Assembly (NCBI GenBank): GCA_002749285.1
Contig: PDPR01000011.1
Coordinates: forward strand, 66,800 to 130,799
DNA: 64,000 bases
Direction: 5' to 3'
Origin: Maribacter sp.
GTDB taxonomy: Bacteria > Bacteroidota > Bacteroidia > Flavobacteriales > Flavobacteriaceae
Part shown: piece by piece, positions 40,519-50,872 of the stretch
Layout: every line of letters begins with the position of its first letter
Position numbering within the stretch: position 1 is the stretch's first letter
Notes under the pieces: model-generated
What the model was told of the DNA's origin: nothing
What the model saw: the letters and a program-made list of their open reading frames with translations, nothing else
The model's database searches: none
Program-made: the position numbers and the translations under genes

Positions 40519-41520
40519 ATGGAAGAAAATACTTCAGTGGACATTAGCGCAGTAAATGAGAAAATTGCCCAAGAAAGCGCTTTTATAGACTTATTGATGT
40601 TGGAAATGAACAAAGTGATCGTAGGCCAGAAATATATGGTCGAAAGGTTGCTCATAGGTCTATTGGGGCAAGGACATATTTTATTGGAAGGTGTTCCCGG
40701 ATTGGCAAAGACCCTTGCCATAAACACCTTGGCCAAAGCGGTAAAAGGCAGCTTTAGCAGAATACAGTTTACCCCCGACCTCTTACCTGCCGATGTGATA
40801 GGTACCTTGATATACAATATAAAGGAAAATGATTTTTCAATTAAAAAAGGGCCCATCTTCGCAAATTTCGTCCTGACGGATGAAATAAACAGGGCCCCTG
40901 CAAAAGTACAGTCGGCACTATTGGAGGCCATGCAGGAAAAACAGGTGACCATTGGGGAGGAAACCTTTGTTCTTGACAAGCCATTTCTGGTTATGGCAAC
41001 CCAAAACCCGGTAGAGCAAGAAGGCACCTATCCGTTACCCGAGGCACAGGTAGACCGTTTTATGTTGAAGACCGTAATCGACTACCCTAAAATGAACGAG
41101 GAACAACTGATCATGCGCCAAAATCTATTAGGCGATTATGAGAAAATCAATCCCGTGATTACCACCCAACAGATCTTAAGTGCCCAAAAAGCGGTAAGGG
41201 AGGTATATATGGATGAAAAAATCGAAAAATATATTTTGGATATCGTTTTCGCAACCCGTTATCCTGAAAAATACAATCTTGGGGACCTCAAACCCTTGAT
41301 CAGTTTTGGAGCCTCCCCCCGAGGGAGTATCAACCTCGGTATTGCCGCCAAATGTTATGCGTTTATCAAACGTAGGGGCTATGTAGTCCCCGAGGATGTA
41401 AGGGCTGTGGTACATGACGTCCTTAGGCATAGGATTGGCCTGACCTATGAGGCCGAGGCTGAGAATATCACTTCTGAGGAAATAATCAACAAGATTGTCA
41501 ATGAGGTTGAAGTACCTTAA
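40519..41520 (+). CDS. moxR: MoxR-family AAA+ ATPase
   Basis: GVPGLAKT, RIQFTPDLLPAD, DEINRAPAKVQSALLEAM, QNPVEQEGTYPLPEAQ.DRF. Confidence 0.95.
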   Translation: MEENTSVDISAVNEKIAQESAFIDLLMLEMNKVIVGQKYMVERLLIGLLGQGHILLEGVPGLAKTLAINTLAKAVKGSFSRIQFTPDLLPADVIGTLIYNIKENDFSIKKGPIFANFVLTDEINRAPAKVQSALLEAMQEKQVTIGEETFVLDKPFLVMATQNPVEQEGTYPLPEAQVDRFMLKTVIDYPKMNEEQLIMRQNLLGDYEKINPVITTQQILSAQKAVREVYMDEKIEKYILDIVFATRYPEKYNLGDLKPLISFGASPRGSINLGIAAKCYAFIKRRGYVVPEDVRAVVHDVLRHRIGLTYEAEAENITSEEIINKIVNEVEVP

Positions 41521-41613
41521 AGCAGTATTACAGTAAATACAGTAGCACATATCGTTCCTCCGGACATTGGCTACATTCGGTTATTGAATACTTATTACTG
41601 TTTGTTATAAAAG

Positions 41614-42480
41614 ATGGATACCAAAGATTTACTAAAAAAAGTTCGTAAGATCGAGATCAAGACACGTCGTCTTTCCGATCATATTTTTGGAGGGGAATAC
41701 CATTCCACTTTCAAAGGACGCGGTATGACCTTTAGTGAGGTACGGCAATACCAGTTCGGGGATGATGTACGTAATATCGACTGGAATGTAACTGCCAGAT
41801 ACAACGAACCCTACATAAAAGTCTTTGAGGAAGAACGGGAACTTACCATGATGTTAATGGTAGATGTAAGTAGGTCGGAATTTTTTGGCACCACCAATCG
41901 ATTCAAAAAGGAAATAATCACCGAGATATCAGCGACGTTGGCATTCTCGGCCATGCAGAACAATGACAAGGTAGGGCTGTTATTGTTCTCGGATGGGGTT
42001 GAACTTTATATCCCACCCAAAAAAGGAAGATCACATGTACTACGTATCATTAGGGAATTACTTGAGTTTACACCTAAGAGCAATAAGACGAATATTGCCG
42101 AAGCCTTAAAGTACCTGACCAATGTAATGAAAAAGAAGGCCATTGTCTTTGTACTTTCCGATTTCATTGATGATGACTATGTAAAGACCCTTAAGATCAC
42201 CGGAAACAAACATGATGTAACCGGTATTCGCATCTATGACGAACGTGAGGAGAGCATTCCAAACCTGGGTATGGTCCAAATGGAGGATTCGGAAACCGGC
42301 AAACTACAATTGGTCAATACCCAATCAAAGAGCGTTCGTATGGCCTATGGGGAACATCATCGTCAAAGGGTCAACTATTTTAAAGAATCTTTTGCCAAAT
42401 CGGGATGTGGCGTGTTGAATTGTAGAGTTGATGAAAGTTACGTTAAAAAGCTACTAGGCTATTTTAAAAAAAGAGGTTGA
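41614..42480 (+). CDS. DUF58 domain protein
   Basis: FKGRGMTFSEVRQYQFGDDVRNIDWNVTAR. Confidence 0.93.
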   Translation: MDTKDLLKKVRKIEIKTRRLSDHIFGGEYHSTFKGRGMTFSEVRQYQFGDDVRNIDWNVTARYNEPYIKVFEEERELTMMLMVDVSRSEFFGTTNRFKKEIITEISATLAFSAMQNNDKVGLLLFSDGVELYIPPKKGRSHVLRIIRELLEFTPKSNKTNIAEALKYLTNVMKKKAIVFVLSDFIDDDYVKTLKITGNKHDVTGIRIYDEREESIPNLGMVQMEDSETGKLQLVNTQSKSVRMAYGEHHRQRVNYFKESFAKSGCGVLNCRVDESYVKKLLGYFKKRG

Positions 42481-44141
42481 TGGGAGTCAAAAATTATCGA
42501 TTACGAATTTGGGTCCTGCGTACTATTTTAGCACGCTGCCATTTCCTATGTTTATTATTGTCCTGTAGTCTTGGGCTCGCCCAAACAACACCAAGTATCT
42601 CCTCAGGGGTCGATACTACCTTTATCAAGATCGGTGACCAACTAAAATTCAGGGTAACTGTTGAGGTCGACTCTACCGATATGGTCATCTTTCCAGAGGG
42701 GCAGACATTCTCACCCTTGGAAACCGTTGAGGCATTTACAACCGACACTACCCGAAAAAAAGATAGGGTCACCCTATCGAAAACCTATGCCCTGACACAA
42801 TTTGACTCCGGTTCGTACAAATTGCCCGCCCAACGTATCGACATCAATGGGGAAGGATATTTTACCGACTCATTACGAATAAACGTGGCCACTGTCCCCG
42901 TGGACACCATGGCGCAGAAAATGTACGATATCAAACCCCTGATCCAAGTAGAAAAAACCAATCCGGGATGGTGGAAGGTCATTTTGGTGGTCTTAGCGTT
43001 ATTGGCCTTGGCCGGTGCTCTTCTATATTGGTTCGTATTCCGCGAAAAACCTTTGACCGATACGGAAAAAGAAGCGCTATTGCCCCCATACGACCGTGCA
43101 CTGTTGGAACTAAGGAAGCTGGACAACTCCAAATACCTTATCCAGGATGAATACAAACAATACTATTCCGAACTAACGGATATCGTACGTTCCTACCTTG
43201 AGGAAGATGTGAATGTATCGGCTATGGAAAGTACCACGGATGAATTGATCAACAAATTGGAGTTGCTAAAGGATGCCGGGGAACTTGAACTCGAAAAGGA
43301 TACCATCAATCAGTTCAAGAATATTCTAAAGACCGCCGATCTGGTAAAATTCGCCAAATCAAAACCACCGACCAATGTAGCCCTGCAAGACAGGAAGGTA
43401 GTTGAGCATATTGTGGTAAAAACACATGAGGCCATTCCAGAACCAACTTTGGAGGAATTAATGGCACAAGAAGAATATCAAAATGAACTGGCCCGCAAAC
43501 GAAAAAAGAAAAAATGGATGATTGCCGGGATAACCGCCTTAGGCCTGCTTTTGATAGCGGGCATTGCCACAATCATTCTTTACGGCCCTGTCAAGGCTTG
43601 GGATACGATCACAGGACACCCATCCAAACTTCTATTAAATAGCGAGTGGGTTGCAAGCTCATACGGGTATCCACCAATAAGCCTCGAATCCCCAAAGGTA
43701 TTGGTGCGCCAAGAAGTGAAAATACCCTCTGAGGCAAAAGCCAACATAAAAGACCTTCAGACATTCATGTTCAGGGAAGACAGATCCCTGTTGGCCTTGG
43801 CAACAACATCGACTACTTTTACCCAACCGGTAGAACCTGATTTTGAAAAGACCATAGATCAACTCCTACGTAATTTTGAGGCAAAAGGAGCCAAGAATAT
43901 AATCACAAAACAAGAGGAATTCGTAACGGTCTCTGGGGTCAAAGGAATAAAGACCTATGGCAGTGCTGAATTCAAGGCACTAGGTTCCGAAGAACTGGTC
44001 AAGGGAAAATATGCGATTCTGAGTTTTGGTGGAAAAGGGTTTCAACAACAGGTCCTGCTGACCTGGAAAGAGGGGGACACCTATGCAGATGAAATCATTA
44101 ATCGGGTATTAAGTACTGTGGAAGTTAAAACCGACGTTTAA
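42480..44141 (+). CDS. Bat-operon membrane protein (BatD-like N-terminus, DUF4381-like)
   Basis: Position in the bat operon; YYSELTDIVRSYLE..AMESTT..ADLVKFAK motifs; two TM segments. Confidence 0.8.
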   Translation: MGVKNYRLRIWVLRTILARCHFLCLLLSCSLGLAQTTPSISSGVDTTFIKIGDQLKFRVTVEVDSTDMVIFPEGQTFSPLETVEAFTTDTTRKKDRVTLSKTYALTQFDSGSYKLPAQRIDINGEGYFTDSLRINVATVPVDTMAQKMYDIKPLIQVEKTNPGWWKVILVVLALLALAGALLYWFVFREKPLTDTEKEALLPPYDRALLELRKLDNSKYLIQDEYKQYYSELTDIVRSYLEEDVNVSAMESTTDELINKLELLKDAGELELEKDTINQFKNILKTADLVKFAKSKPPTNVALQDRKVVEHIVVKTHEAIPEPTLEELMAQEEYQNELARKRKKKKWMIAGITALGLLLIAGIATIILYGPVKAWDTITGHPSKLLLNSEWVASSYGYPPISLESPKVLVRQEVKIPSEAKANIKDLQTFMFREDRSLLALATTSTTFTQPVEPDFEKTIDQLLRNFEAKGAKNIITKQEEFVTVSGVKGIKTYGSAEFKALGSEELVKGKYAILSFGGKGFQQQVLLTWKEGDTYADEIINRVLSTVEVKTDV

Positions 44142-45140
44142 ATGTTAAAGAACATATCATTCGCAAATCCAGAATTCTTTTGGTTGCTTTTATTGCTGCC
44201 ACTGGCAATCCTATGGTATTTTTTAAAGCACAGGGAATTAACCGCCTCCCTTAGGATTTCGAGTATTAAAGGGTTTTCAAACAACGGTCTGCTACCAAAA
44301 TTGAAACCGCTATTGTTTATGTTCAGGTTATTGGCCTTGGCCGCCATTATTATTGCAATGGCCCGACCACAGACCGAGGACATCTCGACCCGTACCAAGA
44401 CCACCAAGGGCATCGATATTATAATGGCAATTGATGTCTCTTCGAGCATGTTGGCCAGGGACCTGAAACCCAATCGATTATCCGCACTCAAAGAGGTGGC
44501 CTCAGATTTTATAAAAGAACGGCCCAATGATAGGATAGGTCTCGTCGCCTATGCAGGGGAAGCCTACACCAAGACCCCTATCACAAGTGACAAATCCATT
44601 GTTCTGAACGCACTACGCGAAATTACATATGGCCAATTGGACGATGGTACGGCCATTGGCATGGGGCTGGCAACATCAGTCAACCGACTAAAGGAAAGTA
44701 AGGCCATAAGTAAAGTAATCATCCTATTGACCGATGGTGTCAATAACTCAGGGTTTATAGAACCACAAACGGCCGCCGACCTAGCTGTGGAATACGGTAT
44801 CAAAACATACACGATCGGCTTGGGGACAAATGGCAATGCTCTTTCACCCATAGCCTACAATATAGATGGGTCTTTCAGATATGGCATGCGCCAGGTAGAG
44901 ATTGACGAACAGCTACTCAAAGATATTGCAAAGGCAACAGGAGGACAATACTTTAGGGCTACCGATAATGAGAAATTGGAGGCTATCTATGAAGAAATCA
45001 ATAAATTGGAAAAAACCGAGATAGAAGAATTCAAGTATTACAAATACGATGAAAAATTTCGTTTTTGGATATTCTTGGCAGGGGCTTTACTATTGTTCGA
45101 ATGGTTGCTGCAAAACACCTTATTCAGAAGTTTTATATAG
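44142..45140 (+). CDS. batA: vWA domain protein BatA
   Basis: FANPEFFWLL, DVSSSM MIDAS, GTAIG, LLTDG, YFRA. Confidence 0.92.
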   Translation: MLKNISFANPEFFWLLLLLPLAILWYFLKHRELTASLRISSIKGFSNNGLLPKLKPLLFMFRLLALAAIIIAMARPQTEDISTRTKTTKGIDIIMAIDVSSSMLARDLKPNRLSALKEVASDFIKERPNDRIGLVAYAGEAYTKTPITSDKSIVLNALREITYGQLDDGTAIGMGLATSVNRLKESKAISKVIILLTDGVNNSGFIEPQTAADLAVEYGIKTYTIGLGTNGNALSPIAYNIDGSFRYGMRQVEIDEQLLKDIAKATGGQYFRATDNEKLEAIYEEINKLEKTEIEEFKYYKYDEKFRFWIFLAGALLLFEWLLQNTLFRSFI

Positions 45141-45143
45141 ATT

Positions 45144-46184
45144 ATGATCCAATTCGACGAAAAAACATATTTCTACCTTCTAGCGATAATCCCGGTTATC
45201 GTGGTACTGTTCATATTCCTGCAACTATGGAAAAAACGGACCCAGAAGAAATTTGCGGAAACCAACCTGCTTAAAAGATTGACTCCGGAAAAATCGAACT
45301 TTAAATCCATCCTGAAGTTATTCTTCTTCCTTCTGGGAATTACTTTCTTAACCTTGGCATTGGTGAACCCTAAAATCGGGACAAAATTGGAAACCGTAAA
45401 ACGTGAAGGGGTAGACATCGTATTTGCCGTAGATGTTTCCAAGAGTATGTTGGCCGAGGACATTGCCCCTAACCGTTTGGAGAAGGCCAAACGTTTGGTT
45501 TCGGAAATCATCAACCAATTGGCCAGCGACCGCATTGGGATAATCGCCTATGCGGGACAAGCATTTCCCCAATTACCCATTACAACGGATTACGGTGCCG
45601 CAAAAATGTTCTTGCAGAATATGAACACCAATATGCTTACTTCGCAAGGTACGGCCATAAATGAGGCCTTGGAATTGGCCACCACCTATTATGATGATGA
45701 AGAACAGACCAATCGGGTGCTGTTCATTGTTTCCGATGGGGAGGACCATTCGGAAGGCACCACCTCAAAAGCGGTTGACGATGCCGTTGAGGCAGGTATT
45801 CTTGTTTATACCATTGGTGTAGGCAAAAGCAAGGGGGCACCCATTCCCATCAAGAAAAAGGGAGTCGTCGAAAGCCTTAAAAAAGATTCCCAAGGTGAGG
45901 TCGTAATCACTAAATTAAATGAAACCGTCTTACAGGAAATAGCAAATGATGGCAATGGGGAGTATATCGATGGAACCAATACCTCAAAGGCTGTTGGACG
46001 AATCAAGGATATTCTTTTGGAAATGGACAAGACCGAGTTCGAGGCCAAACAATTTTCCGAATACAAAGATCAGTTCCAATGGTTTTTGGGAGGAGCGCTC
46101 CTATTCCTGTTTTTAGATATTTTTGTGTTGGACAAAAAAACCAAGTGGCTTCAGAAATTGAACCTTTTCAATGAAAATGCATAA
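45144..46184 (+). CDS. batB: vWA domain protein BatB
   Basis: DVSKSMLAEDIAPNRL, QGTAI, SDGEDH. Confidence 0.92.
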   Translation: MIQFDEKTYFYLLAIIPVIVVLFIFLQLWKKRTQKKFAETNLLKRLTPEKSNFKSILKLFFFLLGITFLTLALVNPKIGTKLETVKREGVDIVFAVDVSKSMLAEDIAPNRLEKAKRLVSEIINQLASDRIGIIAYAGQAFPQLPITTDYGAAKMFLQNMNTNMLTSQGTAINEALELATTYYDDEEQTNRVLFIVSDGEDHSEGTTSKAVDDAVEAGILVYTIGVGKSKGAPIPIKKKGVVESLKKDSQGEVVITKLNETVLQEIANDGNGEYIDGTNTSKAVGRIKDILLEMDKTEFEAKQFSEYKDQFQWFLGGALLFLFLDIFVLDKKTKWLQKLNLFNENA

Positions 46185-47034
46185 GATGAGAAAAATCGTA
46201 CCCATATTGTTCTTTGCGGCCTTTGTATCTTTTGCACAAGAAGGACAAGGGGAAAAACCAAAAGAGAAGGCCTATATAGAATCTGCCAACCTTACTTGGA
46301 AGGCGAACAAGGATCTTTCCGAGGGTGACTTTATAGCTGCCGAAGCGGGTTACCGAAAAGCCATATCAAAAAGCGGCGAGAATACCGTTGCGCCCTATAA
46401 TCTAGGCAATGCCTATTACAACAAAGAAAGTTATGCTGAAGCTTTTGGGCGTTTTAAACAAGCTGGGGACAAGGCAATGACCAAGGAAAACAAGCACAAG
46501 GCCTATCATAATATGGGAAATGTATTTATGAAGCAGAAAGAATACAGAAAGGCCGTTGAGGCATACAAGGAGGCCCTACGGAACAACCCCAAGGATGAGG
46601 AGACCCGGTATAACCTGGCCTTGGCGAAAGAGCTTCTGAAAAAACAACAGGACGAACAGGACAAAAACGACGAAAACAAGGACAACCAAGACCAGAAAGA
46701 TCAGAAGGACCAGAAGGACAAAGACCAGAAAAACGACGGGGACAATAAAAAGGAAGACCAAAAGGACAAGGGCGATAGTGACAAGAAAGACAAAGATGAC
46801 GAAGGGGATAAAGGAGACGAAAAGAAAGAAGACAAAAAGAACGGGGAACAGGAAAAACCCGAACAAGGAGATAAGCCCCAAGGGCAACAACAGCAACCAA
46901 GACCCAACCAACTCTCCAAACAGCAGATCCAAAATCTCTTAGAGGCCATGCAGAACGAGGAAAATAAAGTACAGGAAAAGATTGATGCCAAAAAAGTCAA
47001 AGGGGTAAAAGTTAAAAACGAAAAAGATTGGTAA
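46171..47034 (+). CDS. batC: TPR protein BatC with D/K/Q-rich linker
   Basis: YNLGNAYY, HNMGN, RYNLALAK, low-complexity linker, C-terminal EKDW. Confidence 0.9.
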   Translation: MKMHKMRKIVPILFFAAFVSFAQEGQGEKPKEKAYIESANLTWKANKDLSEGDFIAAEAGYRKAISKSGENTVAPYNLGNAYYNKESYAEAFGRFKQAGDKAMTKENKHKAYHNMGNVFMKQKEYRKAVEAYKEALRNNPKDEETRYNLALAKELLKKQQDEQDKNDENKDNQDQKDQKDQKDKDQKNDGDNKKEDQKDKGDSDKKDKDDEGDKGDEKKEDKKNGEQEKPEQGDKPQGQQQQPRPNQLSKQQIQNLLEAMQNEENKVQEKIDAKKVKGVKVKNEKDW

Positions 47035-48809
47035 TGCACAGCTATTTTAAACATTTCATATCGTTGCCTCTTTTGTTCATAGCTTTTGTTATGAACGCCC
47101 AAGATGATACCGTTACCTTCGAAATGAACCTGAGCAAGGAAAAACTCGGTATCAACGAAAGGTTACGTGTCGAATTTGCCATGAACAAGGATGGTGATGA
47201 TTTCTCGCCACCGGATTTTAACGGATTTAGGGTACTAATGGGCCCTTCACAGGCCATAAGTTCCTCCTGGATCAATGGTGTACGGTCATACTCAAAAACC
47301 TATTCCTATACCTTGGCCCCTACAAAACGAGGCAAGTTCACCATTAAACAGGCTTCGATCGTAATTGATGATAAGGTTTATAAATCCTTGGCCAAAACCG
47401 TTGAGGTCACTGCAGCAGTGGAAAAGCCCAACGAGACGAATATCGATGATTATGCCGATGACAACCTTCATCTCGTTGCGGAAGTATCAAAAACAAATCC
47501 GTATTTGAACGAGGCCATTACCGTGGTCTATAAACTTTATGTAAGCCCATCTATCAATGTATCGAATTACCGTCCATTGGACAACCCCAAGTACAATAAT
47601 TTCTGGAGTCATGATATTCCCGTAAAACGATTGAGTACGAAAAATGGAACCTATAAAGGCAAAGCCTATCGTTATGTAGTTTTAAAACGGGTCATACTCT
47701 ATCCCCAAAAATCGGGGAAACTTGATATCGAGCCTCTATCTTTGGATGTTACGGTAGATGTACCTACCAATAAACGTGATTTTTTCGGCAGAAAGGTATA
47801 TGCCCAAACAAATAAAACAGTATCAGCCGGTAATCGAACCATAAACGTAAAAGCATTGCCCACGGCTGGGAAGCCTACAAATTTCGGTGGCGCTGTCGGT
47901 GACTTCGATTTCTCGGTCACCACGAGTAAGACCAATTTGAACGCATCGGAATCACTACAGGCCATTATCAAGGTCAGTGGTAAGGGAAATTTGAGGTTAT
48001 TCCAATTGCCCACCCCCGAACTACCCAGTTCACTTGAAGTCTATGACCCTGAGCACAATGAGGACATCCGAACTACTTTAGCCGGGAATCGGGGTGAGAT
48101 AAGTGATAGTTATACCATTGTGCCTTCCTTTAAGGGCAAGTATCCCATCCCCAGTATCTCCTTCAGTTATTTCGATCCAAACACCGCATCGTACCATACA
48201 GTCGATTCCAAGGAAATATTGATCAATGTACTTGAAGGGCCCACCAACTCCCAAGGAACCGCAAATACCAACCCGGCAAATACCAAACATTCTGTCGTAA
48301 CCACTGGGAACCAGTTCAATTTCATTAAACTCAATCCCAATCTTACGGCAAAAGAAACCAGTTACTTTTTTGGTTCCAGGGCTTTTTACCTTTGGCTGTT
48401 ACTCCCCTTGATATTGATACCGTTGTCCATTGTATTCCATAAAAAGCGCGATGCCATAGCGAGTGACGTTGAAGGCAATAAAATCAGAAAGGCCAATAAG
48501 TTGGCCCGGAAATATCTGTCTGAAGCCAAGAAGACCTTAGGACAAAAGGATACTTTCTTTATTGCCATGGAAAAAGCATTGCACAATTACCTAAAGGCCA
48601 AATTAAAAATCGAGACCTCTGAATTCAGCAAAGACAAGATCTCGACCCTGTTGACCGAAAAAGATGTTGATGTAGAAACCATTGATGGCTTTATCGGGTT
48701 ATTGGAAAATTGTGAAATGGCACGGTACAGTCCATTTTCACAAGTACAGATGCAACAGGATTATGACAGGGCCAGTAAAGTAATCGCTAATCTGGACAAA
48801 CAACTATAG
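47034..48809 (+). CDS. batD: BatD protein
   Basis: SSSWING, LYPQKSG, GAVG.F, G.GNL, FSYFDP; operon position. Confidence 0.9.
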   Translation: MHSYFKHFISLPLLFIAFVMNAQDDTVTFEMNLSKEKLGINERLRVEFAMNKDGDDFSPPDFNGFRVLMGPSQAISSSWINGVRSYSKTYSYTLAPTKRGKFTIKQASIVIDDKVYKSLAKTVEVTAAVEKPNETNIDDYADDNLHLVAEVSKTNPYLNEAITVVYKLYVSPSINVSNYRPLDNPKYNNFWSHDIPVKRLSTKNGTYKGKAYRYVVLKRVILYPQKSGKLDIEPLSLDVTVDVPTNKRDFFGRKVYAQTNKTVSAGNRTINVKALPTAGKPTNFGGAVGDFDFSVTTSKTNLNASESLQAIIKVSGKGNLRLFQLPTPELPSSLEVYDPEHNEDIRTTLAGNRGEISDSYTIVPSFKGKYPIPSISFSYFDPNTASYHTVDSKEILINVLEGPTNSQGTANTNPANTKHSVVTTGNQFNFIKLNPNLTAKETSYFFGSRAFYLWLLLPLILIPLSIVFHKKRDAIASDVEGNKIRKANKLARKYLSEAKKTLGQKDTFFIAMEKALHNYLKAKLKIETSEFSKDKISTLLTEKDVDVETIDGFIGLLENCEMARYSPFSQVQMQQDYDRASKVIANLDKQL

Positions 48810-48812
48810 ACA

Positions 48813-49571
48813 ATGAAGAAATTAACTTACATCATTGTAGTATTGGTCAGCTTCATTGGGACCGCCCAAAATGATACCTTATTCAATAAGGCCACCGATT
48901 CATATAATAACGGCGACTACCAAAAAGCCATTGATTATTACAATGGGATTCTGGATAATGGCCAGCATTCGGCAGAACTTTACTTCAATCTGGGCAACGC
49001 CTATTATAAATTGGACCAGATCGCACCAAGTATTTACAATTATGAAAAGGCACTCTTACTCTCCCCCAATGACCGGGAGATCAAGAACAACCTCGACTAT
49101 GCACAGAATATGACCCTTGATGCCATTGAGGTAATACCGGAAACAGGTCTTTCGAAAATATACAGGACACTGACAGGTTTTCTTTCCTTTGACCAATGGA
49201 GCTATGTTACGGTTATATCCATGATGTTTTTTGTATTGTTTTGTATTGCATTCTACTATTTTAAATATGCCATGCACAAACGAATCGCATTCATCCTTGG
49301 TATTGTTTCATTGCTCATATCGATAATGACCGTGGTGCTCGCCTATATCCAATACAATGATTTCATGGCCGACCAACCTGCTATCGTATTCGATAGTGAG
49401 GTTCGTATAAAATCGGAACCCAACAAAGGGAGCCAACCTATATTTGTCCTACATGAAGGAACAAAAGTGAATGTCCTTGATGAATTGAACGGATGGAAAA
49501 AAATAAAAATAGCCGATGGCAAAACAGGGTGGATACCCTCGAAAAGTATAAAATTGCTGAAAGATTTTTAA
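48813..49571 (+). CDS. batE: TPR-SH3 protein BatE
   Basis: LYFNLGNAYYK, two TM segments, LHEGTKV..W.KI..GKTGW SH3 domain. Confidence 0.9.
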   Translation: MKKLTYIIVVLVSFIGTAQNDTLFNKATDSYNNGDYQKAIDYYNGILDNGQHSAELYFNLGNAYYKLDQIAPSIYNYEKALLLSPNDREIKNNLDYAQNMTLDAIEVIPETGLSKIYRTLTGFLSFDQWSYVTVISMMFFVLFCIAFYYFKYAMHKRIAFILGIVSLLISIMTVVLAYIQYNDFMADQPAIVFDSEVRIKSEPNKGSQPIFVLHEGTKVNVLDELNGWKKIKIADGKTGWIPSKSIKLLKDF

Positions 49572-49629
49572 TGTTTACTTAACCAACTATAATAGTAATA
49601 CCATTATATTTGTGCAAAATCGATTTTGA

Positions 49630-49929
49630 ATGGTTAGACAGAATATCCTTATTACCTTACTTTCTATATGGATATTCGCTATACTGGCTCCTCCTGTCAT
49701 CTCTCTCTTGAGTGATGATGCAAGGATCATCCAAATTAACATAACAGAAGAAGAGCAGCAGGAGCAAGGGGAGAAGAACCTTGGTGAAAAACTGATTTTG
49801 GAGAATAATGCACCGGATGTCTCCCTTCTTTCACTTTTACAGGATCTCGGATCCCATGATTTTTATCTGTTAGGCCACTACGACCTTGATTCCGAGATTG
49901 TTCTCCCACCACCGGAACCAATATGCTAG
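49630..49929 (+). CDS. small protein with N-terminal hydrophobic segment and C-terminal LPPPE motif
   Basis: Own TATATTTG box at 49605-49612; TM/signal segment, acidic stretch, EIVLPPPEPIC. Confidence 0.65.
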   Translation: MVRQNILITLLSIWIFAILAPPVISLLSDDARIIQINITEEEQQEQGEKNLGEKLILENNAPDVSLLSLLQDLGSHDFYLLGHYDLDSEIVLPPPEPIC

Positions 49930-50110
49930 TTGTTTTTGTTCTTGGCACCATATCCTTGTCCCAAGAATTCATCGCTAGACCCTATATATCCCTGATTTAA
50001 TCATAATATCATCCATTTGGTTTGGCAAAAAAAACCTAATTTCATGGGTCGTTACAACAACTTATCCTACCTCTTGTAGGATTATTACTCTAATCTATAA
50101 AAAAACTAAT

Positions 50111-50737
50111 ATGCAAGTAGATAATGTATTTAAGAACAATGAGAAATGGATCAAAGAAAAATTAGCGGTTGATACCGATTTCTTTAGCGAACTGGGCAAA
50201 GGTCAGAGCCCTGAATTACTCTATATCGGTTGTTCCGATAGTAGGGTTACCGCAGAGGACCTAATGGGAATGGGCCCCGGTGAAGTGTTCGTACACCGTA
50301 ATATTGCCAATATGGTCATCAGTATCGACCTTAACGTAATGTCCGTAGTCAATTATGCGGTTGACCACTTAAAGGTAAACCATGTAGTGGTATGTGGCCA
50401 TTACGGTTGTGGGGGGGTCAAAGCTGCCATGCAATCTGCCGATCTCGGTATCTTAAACCCTTGGCTTCGCAACATTCGTGACGTATATCGTATTCATAAA
50501 GATGAATTGAACAAGATAGAGGATGAAGATAAAAAGTATAATCGTCTGGTTGAACTCAATGTACAGGAACAATGTGTGAACCTTATCAAGACCGCTGCCG
50601 TTCAGAGAGCATACCGCGATAGGAACCTAAAAGTATATGGCTGGGTATTTGACATACATACTGGGAAATTGATAGATTTGAAAATAGACTTTGAAGGAAT
50701 TCTCAATAATATTATAGAAATCTACCATCTAGACTAA
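50111..50737 (+). CDS. can: beta-class carbonic anhydrase
   Basis: GCSDSRV, FVHRNIAN, CGHYGCGGV. Confidence 0.95.
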   Translation: MQVDNVFKNNEKWIKEKLAVDTDFFSELGKGQSPELLYIGCSDSRVTAEDLMGMGPGEVFVHRNIANMVISIDLNVMSVVNYAVDHLKVNHVVVCGHYGCGGVKAAMQSADLGILNPWLRNIRDVYRIHKDELNKIEDEDKKYNRLVELNVQEQCVNLIKTAAVQRAYRDRNLKVYGWVFDIHTGKLIDLKIDFEGILNNIIEIYHLD

Positions 50738-50872
50738 ATCGAACCATTTTTACTTTGAAGAACTTCCTTAGGGCTGTTCTTAAACCAAGAAAATAATCTT
50801 ATTTAGGGCCATGGGGAGTCTTGTCCAACCGGAAAAGGCCTACGGCCCAAATAACATTTTAAAATTTATTTT

